From Ylistrum balloti (Eukaryota), in assembly GCF_031769215.1 (NCBI RefSeq), contig NW_026781979.1, positions 1,178,001 to 1,242,000 of the forward strand: DNA of 64,000 nt, in the 5' to 3' direction. Positions 28,001-41,696 of this stretch are shown piece after piece. The position numbers and the translations under genes were made by a program. Under the pieces are notes generated by a model. It had not been told where the DNA came from and did no database searches. It saw nothing but the letters and a program-made list of their open reading frames with translations. Within the stretch, counting starts at the first letter, position 1. The number at the start of each line of letters is the position of its first letter.

Positions 28001-31000
28001 AAAATGTGAATGTTCCCAATCAATGCAATTACATGCAACTTTTGGTTGATTAAGTTCTAGGAATTTGATATGAAGTCACTTTAATGAAGCCGATATCATT
28101 TTATAAAATGGGTTGTGTTTGTAATTCACACATTATATGTAAATGGCTTAATATCATAAACGGTTTTATACATTCAGTTTGAATCAACTCTAATACATGT
28201 TTCTTTTTTTCTCCTTTTTGCAGTGTATGCTGACTGAGAACTAGAGTAATATGTATTTGAAGTTTGGTTTGTAGACATCCAAAATGAGAACTGAAAGATT
28301 TCCCATTTCATTAGCAAAGTTGATTTTGTTAAACGGCATATATTTTGAGTAGATATTTAATTATTTATTTCTTAAATTATCTTTACTGTAGATTGTCATT
28401 GTTATCCGTGTATGAAATAAGCTTCTCGCAGTATACTGTACAGTTCCTTTTATATCGTAATCAACGTACAGAGGAAAACACTCTCAAATCTTTCACCTGA
28501 CTTTATTCTATAAACCTGTAATTGGTAACCTACTTTACTTATTAATAGAATAAATAAATGTATCAATCTAATAAGATGGAAAGTCACCAGATCAAACAAG
28601 TTCTTGTAGTTAACATTTGAACTGTAAAGGCTGCAATACATTACCAAGGACAATGATTACACTGGTACTACTTACATTATGTGTTATGTTTGGTCGTCAG
28701 TTTCGGAGGTCATCTACCGTTAAAAACACAATGGAATCTAACAACGGAATCTGCACTTTCTTTGTACCGATGTTAGTTTTGTAATAGCAAATGATCATTG
28801 TAAAATTCCAAGAAGTTCCAACTGCATTTATTTACTTTTTAACCTGAGTTGCCATCTTGATTCCGCTTGGACCCACTCAGTCAACGATCTGGGATGAAAA
28901 TGAACAGGGTAGTTCGTTTATTGGTTCATCCGGTTTCGTTACAGCTACGTAAACGAAAGGCTCCCTCCATGTACATCGATTTCACGGTCTGTCAGCGGGT
29001 TATTTCATGCGTGGTTTTGGAAATAATGTAATAAGTAAAACGAAATGACGTAAGACACGTAATACGAGCTGTCTGGTTTACGAAACTCGCTCACTTACCT
29101 GTCGTTTCTTGGCATTGTTTTCTATGTTGCTCATGTTGCTGAAATAAAATATGAACCATTATACTTTAACTTATATCAAGAAACATATGATTTCCTGTAA
29201 CTTCAAGTGTTAGGGTTGAATTGTCAAAATCCAATTCGTCAACAGGTTGAAACAATTTTATATCTGATGACTAAAAGTTCTATGAATAAAATTCATAAGG
29301 GTGCGAAGTAAACAATGTAAAAATCCACATCTATACTTAAATATGTGTGCCGGTTATATTTAGGTTAAAATATTTCACGTATTTGATAAGATTTCTACTT
29401 CGCGTTAACTGAGAAATCTTTTATAAATCTTATTAAAGACATATCAGAGCTGTGATAATTTTAAAGATGGAGATTGCCTGGATACATGTTGAAATATTGT
29501 GTTTTAGAAGATCTACTTAAATGTGATGACGGATGAGATACATGGTAAAACGATCATATTACACAATGTAACATACTTACTCTGTTTTCAAGATAAGGAA
29601 CCAATGGGAAAGCAATACTGTTGTAGTCTGTAGCTCCACATAAATACCCCGAGATAAAAAAAATATCTTCTGAGCTACTTATGACGTGAACGCCACCACT
29701 GATGCTTGTACGCCCTATACAGATATTTGGGTCCCCATCAATATTCACCGTCCTCAGGGTCACATTATCTAGACTGAGGGAGGTGTAACAATAGCTTACT
29801 ACGACCAGGTGAACGTGATTTGTAATAAAGGGTACCAAGAACATGAGATCCCCAAGAAATCTCGTCATTGGCTGTACGATGGTCATGGACGTGTCCTGAG
29901 CTATACTGTGCATTTCCATAGCTACCAAGACAGGTTTGGTAGTCGATATTATGCACGTTGCTTTTGAAGGGCTCATTCGAAGAAAGGATCCAGATCGCGG
30001 TAATACAACAAATTTTCCTGAACCATCTGAACATGTGATATTAACCGATATGTCTTTGCATGCTGCAACAATTGTGCTGTTGTAGTACAGTATCCCGTCG
30101 TTAGCCACTGTCACGTGATGTATACCCAAAGAAATTGTAGACGGAATCTGTTCGGTTAGATAACTTGATCCCGAATACTTGCTGCCACTGTATACACTTA
30201 CTGGTTGGGTTGACCGTACCTTTGTTCCTGTCAAATCCACGTCGATTTCTGTACTTTCTATATTGATTGTCTCATACTCATTCAACATTTCCTCTATCTT
30301 TTGTCCTGATTGATAAGTATTGCCCTGATATGACACGATGCCGTTTGTTTTCAAAGTTATGTTCACAAATGTGTTCCTGGCAAGGCCGACAACCAGTATC
30401 TGTGGCCTCTTTAAGCCAGTGACAACAAAGTACTGTTTTCCGAGGGCTCTCTGTGGAATACCTAGGAAGTCATCCATCGAGTCGTCCATGTAGCCCGACT
30501 GCCTGTTGCTCCCATAGACAATTATGGGGTGGTCGGAGTTTATCAGGATTCCTTTGGCACATTTCACAGATTCATTGACCGCAAGCATCGAAGGTATAGT
30601 AATTGTTTTGAAGTATTCTGGATCAATTTGATAATCATATTCAAAAAATGGATAGTGTAGATCAGAGAGTAAAGACACGTTCGTGGTGTTCGTATTAGGG
30701 TTAAGTATATTTATCTGCAGAGTACTATTTTCCATAAACCTGTTTGCCGTAAAGCCGATCATGTGACGAAATTTTGCAGAACTGGATGTCACGTGGTGCA
30801 CTACTGAAAAGACAAGATATTGTTTACAGCGATTAAGCTACCTAACAATTAACTTACAAGGACAGGACATCTAATGGTTTTCATTAAGAAACATGTACAT
30901 AACTGCATTTCCCATGTATGACAGAATACCGATATTATTTTATGATATATGATAACAAATGGTTTACCATTCTTTGATCTTTTTAAGATAATTCTAAAGG

Positions 31001-32425
31001 AAAAGCAACTAGCAAAACTAATCATAAAGTACATGTTAATAACTGCTAAAAACAGTTGAGGAGTATTGGTGGTTTTTTTGTGATGTCAGAGAGTTGTGAC
31101 GTTACGGTGGTGCCGTGATAAGTTAGCCGCTATACCCGTTTTATCGTTATTTGGGTTGTTTACGAAACTGTTATCAAACACTAGATCAAAGAAACCCCTA
31201 AAGTTTACAAAAAGTTTTCTGTAAATCAAACTTAGTCAGCATTTGTTTCATATGCGACTGAACAAATAAATTGGTGAATTTCAAAGAACATTTCTGATTG
31301 GTGAAAACTGCAAAAGACATGAATACTAACAATGATTTGTACATATCTTTATAGTTATAGATCAAGTGATGCAGATCAAGTACAGGAGTACTTTGGAATA
31401 GATCTTAAAAGATGGCAACAATTAATAGGTTGGTTACAGCCTGAATACCGATGACCATGCTAAGTAATGGTGTTTTAATAAGCACAGGCTATACTCTTTG
31501 TATAAACTCGTATATCACATCGTGTTACTGAAAAAGTTAAGAAGTTACAAGTGCAATAAATGTTTTGAAAATTGCACTTTGTATTTTGAAAATGTGTCCT
31601 ACATATTTTGAAAAGTGCAATGCATATTTTGAAAAATGTGCACTATCCGTTTCGGAAAAATACTGTACTTTTTTTTGTTGAAAAGATGCAAACGTTTTGA
31701 AAAAAAAATGTAAAAATATCATTGTAATGTATATGTAAGTGATAGTATAGTTATGGGTATGTATGGAACACTAAGGAGCAATTGGTTACTGTAACAACTG
31801 ATTTGAAAACCATGGTTATAAGTTACGTACAGAATGACTGCCATTAGTTTAAAAGTTTGTATACAAAATGGTTTCGTAATAAGAAGTCTAGTTCTCATTT
31901 TGCTCTCATTTTTGAGAATGTCGATAAAACAGAAAACGCTTTCCCTATCTGATTAATATTCAAGTTTCCGTAATAATTTTTTTAATCGTTCAATCTGTTC
32001 CTTTTTCACCACATTTTATTTATTTTGAGTTTAGATAAGGATTTACATTGTGTTCAAGATATAACATTATCAGAAGTTAAAGTTAATCAACAAGAAGTTT
32101 ACATTAATATAATGTATCAAAAGTGAAGCACCAATATGTCCCCGATACTCTAGGGACAGATACATACATAGATACAACGGAAGGATCCAGCGATGTCTTG
32201 TATACATTGTTGACTTTGAATGATCTCTTCAATCCTCAATGATACATGTGACTTAAAAATGATGAAAGTAAGTTTAAAAAATACGTATAATATATGGTAA
32301 ATAGAATGTTCCATGAACGTTGAATTTGCACTTCAGAAAAAAAAATCATATGCTATCAACTTATAAATGCAAGAGTAAAATAACTCACCGGTCAGAGAGG
32401 ACAGGACCAGCGCAATGAAGTACAT
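25082..32425 (-). CDS. IgGFc-binding N-terminal-domain type I membrane protein; exons 32425-32389, 30803-29581, 29138-29099, 25518-25082; 578 aa
   Basis: The signal exon MYFIALVLSSLT ends ACCG|GTGAGT. The large exon has FCGBP-N-like motifs (KGILINSDHPIIVYG, DFLGIP..LGKQY, DLTGTKV.S.QPVSVYSG, LTEQIP). A Thr/Ser stalk, CRCVC, a TM segment (LGIAGSLVIGVVVFTIVIL) and a short basic tail follow. Intron phases 1/0/1 are consistent, and 37+1223+40+437=1737 nt. An extra exon hidden in the N gap cannot be excluded. Confidence 0.85.
27238..27400. other. Assembly gap (163 N)
   Basis: Run of N directly beside a PLE-tail repeat fragment. Confidence 1.
27401..27700 (-). mobile_element. 3' tail fragment of the Penelope-like family
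   Basis: AAAGAAAGATTTACACGGAGATTCC...GGTGTTCCGGAAGAGTAATCGTCTTCTGCTTCATCGACGACAC aligns by eye with about 1300-1440 and about 23270-23470. Confidence 0.75.
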
Positions 32426-33739
32426 AACTGCTTCGTCAAGGTGCAATCATACACAGCCAGCTGTCCTCATGTTCTATTGTCAAATACACTTCGTCTGTGG
32501 TTTAAATAGAATCATTGATCCTACTTCTGTCTCGTTATCGCCGTAAGTATTATATTGGTATGATTTATTTACACACCGATGTAAGAGATCGAATAATTGT
32601 TTTCAGAACCAAACCACTATCATTCATAATTGAAAAGTATTGGAAAAAACGATCATTTCAATATATCACGATGTGGTTCAAGATCGTTAATGTTTGACAC
32701 CACATTAGTATAGGAAAAATATTTTATCCCTGATAAATCTTCATGATTTTCAAAATAACTGAAAATTCTAGCTTAATTTCAAGCAGAACATTTCGTCAAG
32801 GTTTGGGAAATAAACTTTTCGCCATTTCTGTGAAGAAGTTAAAGCAGGCAGGCAAAAGTATTCGTCCTGTAGAGGAGATTTTACTGACGGACGAATGTTA
32901 ATAGTTAATTAGTTAGGATACAATTACAACTATCGCATTAAGGTTTCACCAGATCTGAGATAGAGTTTCAGCCGATTAGTATGATATTGACATAGAATAA
33001 TGGGAAAATTGTATGTACCTAGATTAATAACAATGTATCTGAAATCTAACCGTAACATAAATGTCCGTTGTGCGTTTTGGTTTTGATTGAATAATTCTTC
33101 AGATACACTTTATATAACAGTTATGACTTTCGGGATTTGTATTCATAACCACTACATTGATTTTATATTATTAACGTCTCTGCATTCACAAGGATCGAAC
33201 ACAGGTCCGGAGAAGTTCGAAAGGATTTGTCCCTTATTTTCATTAGTGCCGTTCTTTTTCACTAAAAGCAATAGTAAATATACTTAAGCCACAAAATACA
33301 GAATTATAAGAAGCCTGTGGTCGGGTGCTGGGAATGAATGGTGCTGTAATCAATAATGCGTTCAAACTCTCAACACCAGTGTAATTAGTGCATCTCAAGG
33401 ATTCAATCGATACGGACAAAGGATGATTTAATTTTTGAGATATCCAACAGTACTTCATTCCCAGGCAATTAGAGGATATTTCTTCTTCCTTTATTATTTG
33501 TCGTCTAAATATGGAATTGTATGGTTGTATTTTTCATAAAGGACACAGATCTCAATAGCTATTTACACATTTCAAACACATCTTAGTCCTTACAAAAAAA
33601 ATGAAAATCAATAATACATGTTCATTTGTTTGAAAACATCTGAATTTAAACTTGAAACAACAAACATTCGTTAAAGCGGAATAAGTACGCATCACCACTA
33701 AAGTGGTACTTGGGAATTATGGGATGATTCTCAACAATG

Positions 33740-34140
33740 TACGAGTTCTGACAGGGTGACATGGCGGTTCACATGGAGAAGTACAAGTTTTCGCTAAGGC
33801 GGTTCAACAACACGGGTTCAAATTCTCGGTAGCGTGATGTAATGAGGTGGTTTTAATGGGTCGCCAACGTAAGTTCTGGTTTTCGTTAGGGCGCTTAATC
33901 AATAGCAGTACAGGTTCTCACTAAGGTGATACCACAGTTCATCACCAGAAGCTCCGGTTCTCTCTACAATGATTCAGTGGTGCAACGTCTCCTTAAGATG
34001 ATCGGAGAGTTCATCATCGAAAGTGCAAGTTCTCTTTACGATGAAACAACGGTTCACCCGAGGAAGAACAATTGTTCACTAGGCTGACACGGCAGCTCAC
34101 AGACGGGAGAACAAGTTCTCACTAATGTGACGTGGCGGGC
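33740..34140. repeat. Highly degenerate short-period tandem repeat (GTTCTCACTAAGGTGACA-like)
   Basis: Recurrent GTTC/GTTCTCACTAA/GTTTTCGCTAAGG motifs at irregular 14-22-nt spacing. Confidence 0.45.
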
Positions 34141-36070
34141 CAGCAACAGTTGTGCATATTTTTGGTTGGGTAATTCGGCGCATCTCCGTCGAAAGTTGAT
34201 GTCCTCCTTAACTCTTTAAACTCTTAACTCTTCAACAGAAAACATTTACATGTCAGTCCATTTTATAACTTATTAAGGAAGAATTAATTAACACGTTAAA
34301 TAAGAAACACGACTAAAGTCAGCACCGCGAAGTGAAAGCAACTCTGACACCAGCTCAAAGGGAGATCACTCAAATAAAATATATGACGTAAAATCGACAA
34401 CTAAATGAGACCCAGACAGGAGATAGTCAAACACCTATCAAAAACATCAAAGTTTGTAAATACCCACGAATGTGTTATTCATTGAAAACTTCAATTAGTA
34501 GCGAACAGAAAGCAAATCGGTCATTCTGTATTGACAATAGATATAAGGCATGATAACCCACAGGACCAAATTGTGACAGAGCCTGCGTCATACATCCAAC
34601 ACAACAAAATACCATACATCAATATAACAAACACTTTATTATATAAAAGAATTCTTGTCTCCTGGAGCAGTTTTACAATCGATATATCACAGAAGCTAAA
34701 AGATAAGGAGTACATACATGATGTACCTGTATTCCTCAAAACAGTAAGAGTTTCATCACAAAGACATGTGGCAATAGACTTTAAAGTTCAAATCTACCCA
34801 AACCACAAATCACTGACTCTGTAAATCTTTGAAGCAAATCTAAATTTGAAAATCTATTTTGACATGCCCCTGTGGTTTGATGGGCTTCAACAAATCTCAG
34901 TGATTACATACATGTATGTCTGAAATCAGCTGACTAGTGCTAACACAGTACCACTTGGGATCTGTGAGGTCTATAGTGCAACTACACTTTTATTGTTTCC
35001 TCAAAATTACTTGCAGGGCAAAAAAATAATAGTATGATTTCTCCAAACAGTAAGTTATATCCTCTAATTACATAATATTCTGACTTACCAAGACCAATCA
35101 CACGAAAGATTAATTGCATATGACTCTCCCCTTACTGTATAAATGGATGCAAAAATAGTTTAAAAGCGATTTTCAACCCAGAACTTATGTGGGTTAAGTG
35201 TAGTGAGCTTTATTACATTCCTTCATTTTAATGTAAATGCATCCTTGCATTTTTCAAAACTTCATTGGTAATTATTTTACCAGTTATTTCTGACAATATC
35301 TTTCATCTAACAAACAATATTAGAGTGTACAATGTATTTTCATTATCTTTCTGCCAAATTTGTTTAGTATATGAATTCAATATCTAAAACATGTAAGCAC
35401 AGTAAGTTGAAAATAAATATTTACTTCCATCCGAATATTATGACAATAAAGCACACAAAGCACCAATGCTGTTTCACATCATGTATTCAGAAAACAAATT
35501 CTTTTCAAAGTTAATAAATTATATTAAGATTTTTTTTCTAAATTTGATCAGTCAGTGGTAGGTATGAAATTATGATAAAATGAGGTCACCATGGTTTGAG
35601 AAATGTCAGAAAACTTTCCATACATTTTATATCAATGTTAAGAATATATATGTAGGAAACAAAACATTGTTTGTAAATATAACTGTAACAGATCAATATA
35701 TAATTCAAGGTATCAAAGGCATTTCATACCAGATATGGTCTGTTTTAATTCAGATTTACTAAAAACTACCAGGTACAATACATTATGACTCTTGTTGATG
35801 AAAAATGATTATGCAATGCTTTCTAAAGCTCCAAGGTTTAATATGTGCATTTTAAATGCGTTAAGCTGACCGATTTGCTTTTGAATAAATTTGTTGTCAT
35901 GTGTCTCCATTCTGATGAATCTGGTTCTGGAATTGGGCATTTACTTAAGAGAGGGATGAAGTTTTAAGAATTACAATGCACACAAAATGACTATTGTTAT
36001 AATGTAATGCATCTCACTGATTCTGAATCAGAAACAGTGGAATGCAAATTTCTTAAATGATTAAAAACAG

Positions 36071-36320
36071 AGAGCGGTACTACACTCTGTGACAGAGGGC
36101 TGTACTACACACTGTGACAGAGGGCTGTACTACACTCTGTGACAGAGAGCTGTACTACACTCAGTGACAGAGGGCTGTACTACACTCTGTGACAGAGAGC
36201 GTTACTACACTCTGTGACAGAGAGCGGTACTACACACAGTGACAGAGAGCTGTACTAAACTCTGTGACAGAGAGCGGTACTACACTCTGTGACAGAGGGC
36301 TGTGCTACACTCTGTGACAG
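36071..36320. repeat. 25-bp minisatellite, 10 units
   Basis: Unit AG(A/G)GC(G/T)GTACTACACTCTGTGACAG at 36071, 36096 ... 36296. It lies 0.7 kb downstream of the ankyrin-gene stop, possibly within its 3' UTR. Confidence 0.97.
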
Positions 36321-37028
36321 AATAAATACTTAGTGTATGATCTATTTACATGTTAAGAACATCAAATATTCATGGAACTCACACAGTCCTTCAAAACATC
36401 CTAATTATCAAGTCATTCTAAAATTCTCATTGCTATAACGCAACATTACCTCAGTAAAATATGTTCATATCCACAACATTATCAAGTGCACATGAATCTA
36501 TCCAAAATATATCATATGTTAATGTTTTGTTTTCTGTAGATTAAGTTCCAAGTGCACATTATCATAAAGTTATTGATATTACTGACAGTTTGTCGGCACT
36601 CAGTACAATAATGTAATCTGTTTAAAAATTTAATCCAAAGATTTCTATAAATAAACGAGTTCTCCAGTAAAACTAGATTTCATCTGTTGTTTCAGACATT
36701 ATTTTGAATATGATAGGTTGTTGATTGTTCTGTGTCTATGTGTAAGTTCATTGAATATGTCTATGAAATGAAGTACAGAAATATAGCAAACATGGCAGTC
36801 ATGATACAAAAATTCTGACAAAATATAAACTGTCAACAAACAAGTTATAAATAGTGCTTTCCTTCCACACTTTGTGTTTTAAAAATGTCCACAAACATTG
36901 AAGAGTGAACAATTGCTTGTTCTCTTGTCACCAACATATAATGCCGAGGACCACTGATTTTTCACACTACATGAAATGCTTGGCATATCGGCAATAAGAC
37001 ACATAATGCATTGAGCATGCTAATAAGG

Positions 37029-39956
37029 TCAGCAGGAATCTCTTAGCACCTTTAATGTAGAAAAGCTACCAAACTGCTTAGCAATGTCCTCTGCTTTCAA
37101 TTCTCCCATCTTCAGAGACAAGTCTGCTTTGGCCTTAACAAGCATTTCAACAACAGTTTTGTGACCTGCAAAGCAAATATTAAACATGATTAAATAAAAA
37201 AAAGATTACTTTCCTATAAAAGATCGTGTACAGTATACATATCCATGGTTTGTGTAGTCCAACTGCTTTGGGTCAAAACTATGTTGTATATTAAAAGTAC
37301 ACAAGTATGTGGTAAGCATAATGATATTCACCAGTCTTTACATCAAAAGGCCCGATACAAACATAAAATATCATTATGAAAATGTGACTATGTTATAAGT
37401 TATTACCATCATTACTCATCCTCAATACTCTAGGGGTTATGATCACTTTCACTATCTGCACCCCTGAAAAATTTCATGGTGAAATTGAAGGTCCTATATG
37501 CAACATCTTGTGGATAACAGGAGAAGACATTTGATCTTTTTAAATACATCAAACAAATCTTAAGATCATGTAACAGTATGTTGCAATGGCTTTAAAGTTA
37601 GGTGTCACTCCTTATTAACCTTCAAAGGAGCATATCAGTCTGTGATTGGTCAGTCATTCAAATGACTTCCCTTGTGCCTTCTATTTTGCAGGGGTGCAGG
37701 GAGTGATAATTAGTGTAATCCCTGGACTATCCAGGATGTCAATTATTTTCCTAAATTCACATCTCATGTAGATCAGTTTTTGTTATAATTATATACAATA
37801 ATCAATACCATGCATGACTGCAAGGTGAAGAGGTGTAGCATCCTCACACTGGGGGTTAATCGAGTTCACGCTGATGTTGGGACATCGCAACAGAATCTCC
37901 ACCAGGCGATTATTGCCAGTGTTTGCTGCTGCATGAAGAGGAGTGTTTCCAGTGTCTGCTGCCTGGTTCACATCTATTGCAGGCTTCACCTAATACGTGC
38001 ATAAATTTTCAATATTTTTAAATCACTTGAAATAAAGTAGGATCACATTAGTATTAAAAACAGCAAAATAAAATGAATATTTTTTCCTTCTAAAATTAAA
38101 GGCTCTTTGGAATGACCTTCAATATCTAGGTACAAGTTAAAACACTCTTAGTGTTTCCTATAAAATGCTTTTATTGTCACTGTTTGACAGTCATTGTCTC
38201 TATAAATTAGTCTTTCTACGTTCCTTTATTTACTTTGATAAGCGATACATGTAGTACGATCAAATGTGGGTTTTGATGACATTGTTGCTAGTGTTATAGA
38301 GCAAGAATACCTGTTAGCTACATATGTAAAGGCAAGTAATAAAAACAATTCTGATAAGAAGAGATACTGTACTGACCCTTTTGGTAAGAAAGTACAACTT
38401 TGTCACTGATTTTCTATAAACGACAGAACCAGCAGTACCTTGTTAATGAAGAAGTACATCTTCAGTACTTTGCCTATTGCTGTGAAAGGACAGCTTCAAA
38501 ACTTCCCATTATGCCGGTATATATACTTTGTGAATGTGGAAGTGCAACTTTAGTATTTACCCCATTGAAGAGCTAGACCAATGAGGAAATACAGTTTCAG
38601 TACTTATCCTGTTGATGAGAAAATACAGCTTACAGTGCATATCCGAGTGATGAGATTAAGTGTACCGGTAGTATATATTTTTGGTAAAAAACTTACCCTG
38701 TTGATGAGGTAGTGCAGCACATCACACTGGTTGTACATGACAGCAGAAAAGATGAAGGTACGGCCATGTGTATCAATGTAGTGCGGCTTGATATGACCTT
38801 CCGTAAAGTAGTAGTGCACCACATCCACAAATCCCAGTCTGATGGCCTGTCCTAATCTGGTTAGGTTGATGTCCTCCTCTACACTCAGGCGACTGGAGGG
38901 TGGCCTTGGGGGTGATACCTTCCCTAGTAGGTTGCGGTAAAAGTTCACTACTGCTGACCACACACTGACTAAGGCAAATGAACGAGTGGCCAGTATCCAC
39001 TGGGCATACTGTTTGTTTTTGGTAGAACATTTGACATCTGACAACAACTTTTTATACTGAGTATGTTTCTGTGATGACAGAACATCCAAATGGTTCAAGA
39101 ACATATTGGGTCCCTTTGCACTAAGCAATTTGTCAGGATATTCCCGGAACAAGGCTCTAATAAAGTTATTGATGTCTCTTTGATTCACTTTTCCCTGGTC
39201 CTTTCCTACAGCAAACGCAAAGCTCATTTCCTCAACTAAAATGCTATGTTCTAAATCAAACAATTCAATCTTCTGGACATCTTCAAAACCAGAAAACCAA
39301 AAATGTGCAAATGTTACAAAGTTGTCTTCACTATTACAATAGCTTGTTATCTCTGTTACCATCCTGTTGGCTCTTTCCAACCAATTGGAGACAACAGTAG
39401 CATCCATGTAGCACAGAACTTCATCAAAGTTTCCCTGTGCCTGTGACTTCCTAGAATTGGCTATCTGTGAACCATATCTCTGCAAAGGCTGTGACTCCAT
39501 GTCTACATCTGAATCATTGTCAGAACTAAAGTTTGTTTTATATTGTGAGCGCAATGGAGGAATTCTTGGTGGTTTTGGTAGTTCATGTCTAGTGGGTTCT
39601 GTACTTAGTACTTTGTGAACCCTCTTTTTCTTCCTTCTGGTTCTGCCAACTTTGGTAGGGACAGGTGGAGACTTAACAACAACCGGTGTTGTGGATAAGT
39701 GTGTATCCTCCTCCACTGGCAATTCTGGAGGTGTGCTGCCATTTGTAACACACCCAGAGTCAGGGGATATATGCCTCCCTCCATTTGTAGATTCTACCCC
39801 TCCCACCGAGTCAGAACTACTGATTGACAACTGATCAAATTCTTTGGCTACCACTTCATCGTCAGTGAGAAATTGGGGCTCTTCATCATCACTGTCCCGA
39901 AAGGTTAAGCGAGAAACACATATCAGGTCACGCAAGTCTCTTACACCTCGACTCAT
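37029..39956 (-). CDS. Uncharacterised ankyrin-repeat protein; exons 39956-38697, 37989-37809, 37165-37029; 525 aa
   Basis: A 1260-nt open exon ends AACAGG|GTAAGT. Ankyrin motifs are GRTFIFSAV, GNTPLHAAA, ATPLHLAVMHGH..VVEML and AEDIAKQFG. 1260+181+137=1578 nt, ending in TGA. Confidence 0.9.
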
Positions 39957-41024
39957 TGTAACTAAAATATCACAGTTTCTTTGGACGGAATGTGAAGTAA
40001 AAACAAATTTTCAAGTGATTACATTATGACAGTCAGCTATAACTTACATTCAAATGTATCAATAAAATAAACAATTGAATTTCTGGATATATCTCAGCCT
40101 ACATTTTGAAATTCAATCTCTACTCTCACTCGAATGTTAAGTGTCCATGCTGTTACAAGGATGCTTGGTAGGGTGAATCTGGATTGCCAGGCAAAGCGGA
40201 AGAAAAACATCAAAACTGATGAAAGTCTTCCAGCCAACATCACATACTTATCACATAAATTTGTTGCAATGACAAACATTGGCAAAACTTTTTTCTGTTA
40301 ATGTTAATTAGGATATGTGTAGACTGTAGGTCATTTAATATCATCAATAACGAGCAACACAGCTACATCATCCAAAACAGGTTGCTAGTGTAGAGTTTGT
40401 TGATGGAGACATGTTCTGATTGGTCCAACCTCTTTCTCTCAATCTTTATAGGTGATACTGTAAACATTAAAGAAAGAGATATGTATATTTTTTTATATTA
40501 TTAAATTTTTACTTTTGTAACTGCACTGAAATGCTTCATTTTTATAGGTACAAAGGAAAACTCCTGTATCTCTGAACAACATTATGATTTTGCTGTAATA
40601 AGTTCGAAAGAATTCTTTGAGACCTTGTATTAATACATTTATCACACCATAAATATGTGTACATGCGTACAATTTGGGTTTGAATTCAGTCCCAACCTTC
40701 ATTACATTGAAATGTATTAATTTCGTCTCCCAGTAATGTACTTTATGATAAAGGTATATATCTAATTTGATGTAAATGTAATTGTGATTACCTGCTGAGG
40801 GACATTATGAATTTACAAACTTCCGACATAAATGAGTCCCAAGGTGGAATCCCAGAAGGGATTACACATATACATGTACTGATGTTTGAAATTTTGAGTG
40901 CAATTTAGATCTAGATAGATATCATTTAAAAAACTGTTATAACTTTTTAAAAGGGTTATGCCCTTATTTTCTTATTTGATAGCTATAATTTGATATTTAT
41001 TTCTCAATTTACAGTCACGGTGCT

Positions 41025-41350
41025 AAGAATGACAGCCAAGTCGACACCCGATCAAGTCGACACCTGTTAAACTCGACCCTAATTTGGTCAAGTCGACACC
41101 TATTTGGTCAAATAGATAATTCAAATATATTTTGTTTTGTTGAATTCACAAAAACAGATTAAAGTTTTTGAATACAAATATATTCTGTTGAATTCACATG
41201 TACAGATTGAAGTTTTTTGTCTAGGTATAACTAACCCCCACAGGTGACTGTCGATGATTATCGGATCATCGGATGTTGACATGTTGATTTTATTCTGTGA
41301 CATGAGCGAGTTCATAAGCTTGACACAAGGTCAAAATGTGTCGAATTAAA
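41025..41350. mobile_element. Possible MITE-like remnant with subterminal AAGTCGACACC repeats
   Basis: AAGTCGACACC occurs three times between 41030 and 41101, and an inverted GTGTCGA occurs near 41338. Confidence 0.4.
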
Positions 41351-41696
41351 AACAGTTTAGAGTAAGTGACTAATGTGTTATTGTAAACTTACTGTGATGA
41401 TCTTCTTTCGTTTTATTTTGACTTGATTACAGTCTTTCTTTCCTCTGAAGAAAATAAAAACATATTGCAAGTTTGTTGTAGACAGTCAACTCCAGCGTCA
41501 AGGCATTTTTCTATTAATCTGTGTCTTCCAAAAGCTTCACCTTTTCTTTTTTCCTTAAAACACCACACAGACCCTGATTCTAATCAGAGTTAAACAAATG
41601 TTTACCAAAAAGGAGTACCTACAAACACTTTGACGACACTGTCGGAACGCATTCGTCTGCATTTGCCTGCGGTTTTAGGTCAGTCTCCTTTACAAA

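Noticed and set aside
28880-28995. Open minus-strand frame (TDREIDVHGG...SQIVD*) as an extra exon of the IgGFc gene
   Set aside because: It ends in a stop and has no clear splice sites. The 29099>25518 splice already keeps the frame.
33087-33458. Short ORFs on both strands upstream of the IgGFc gene
   Set aside because: No recognisable motif or splice structure; probably decayed repeat sequence.
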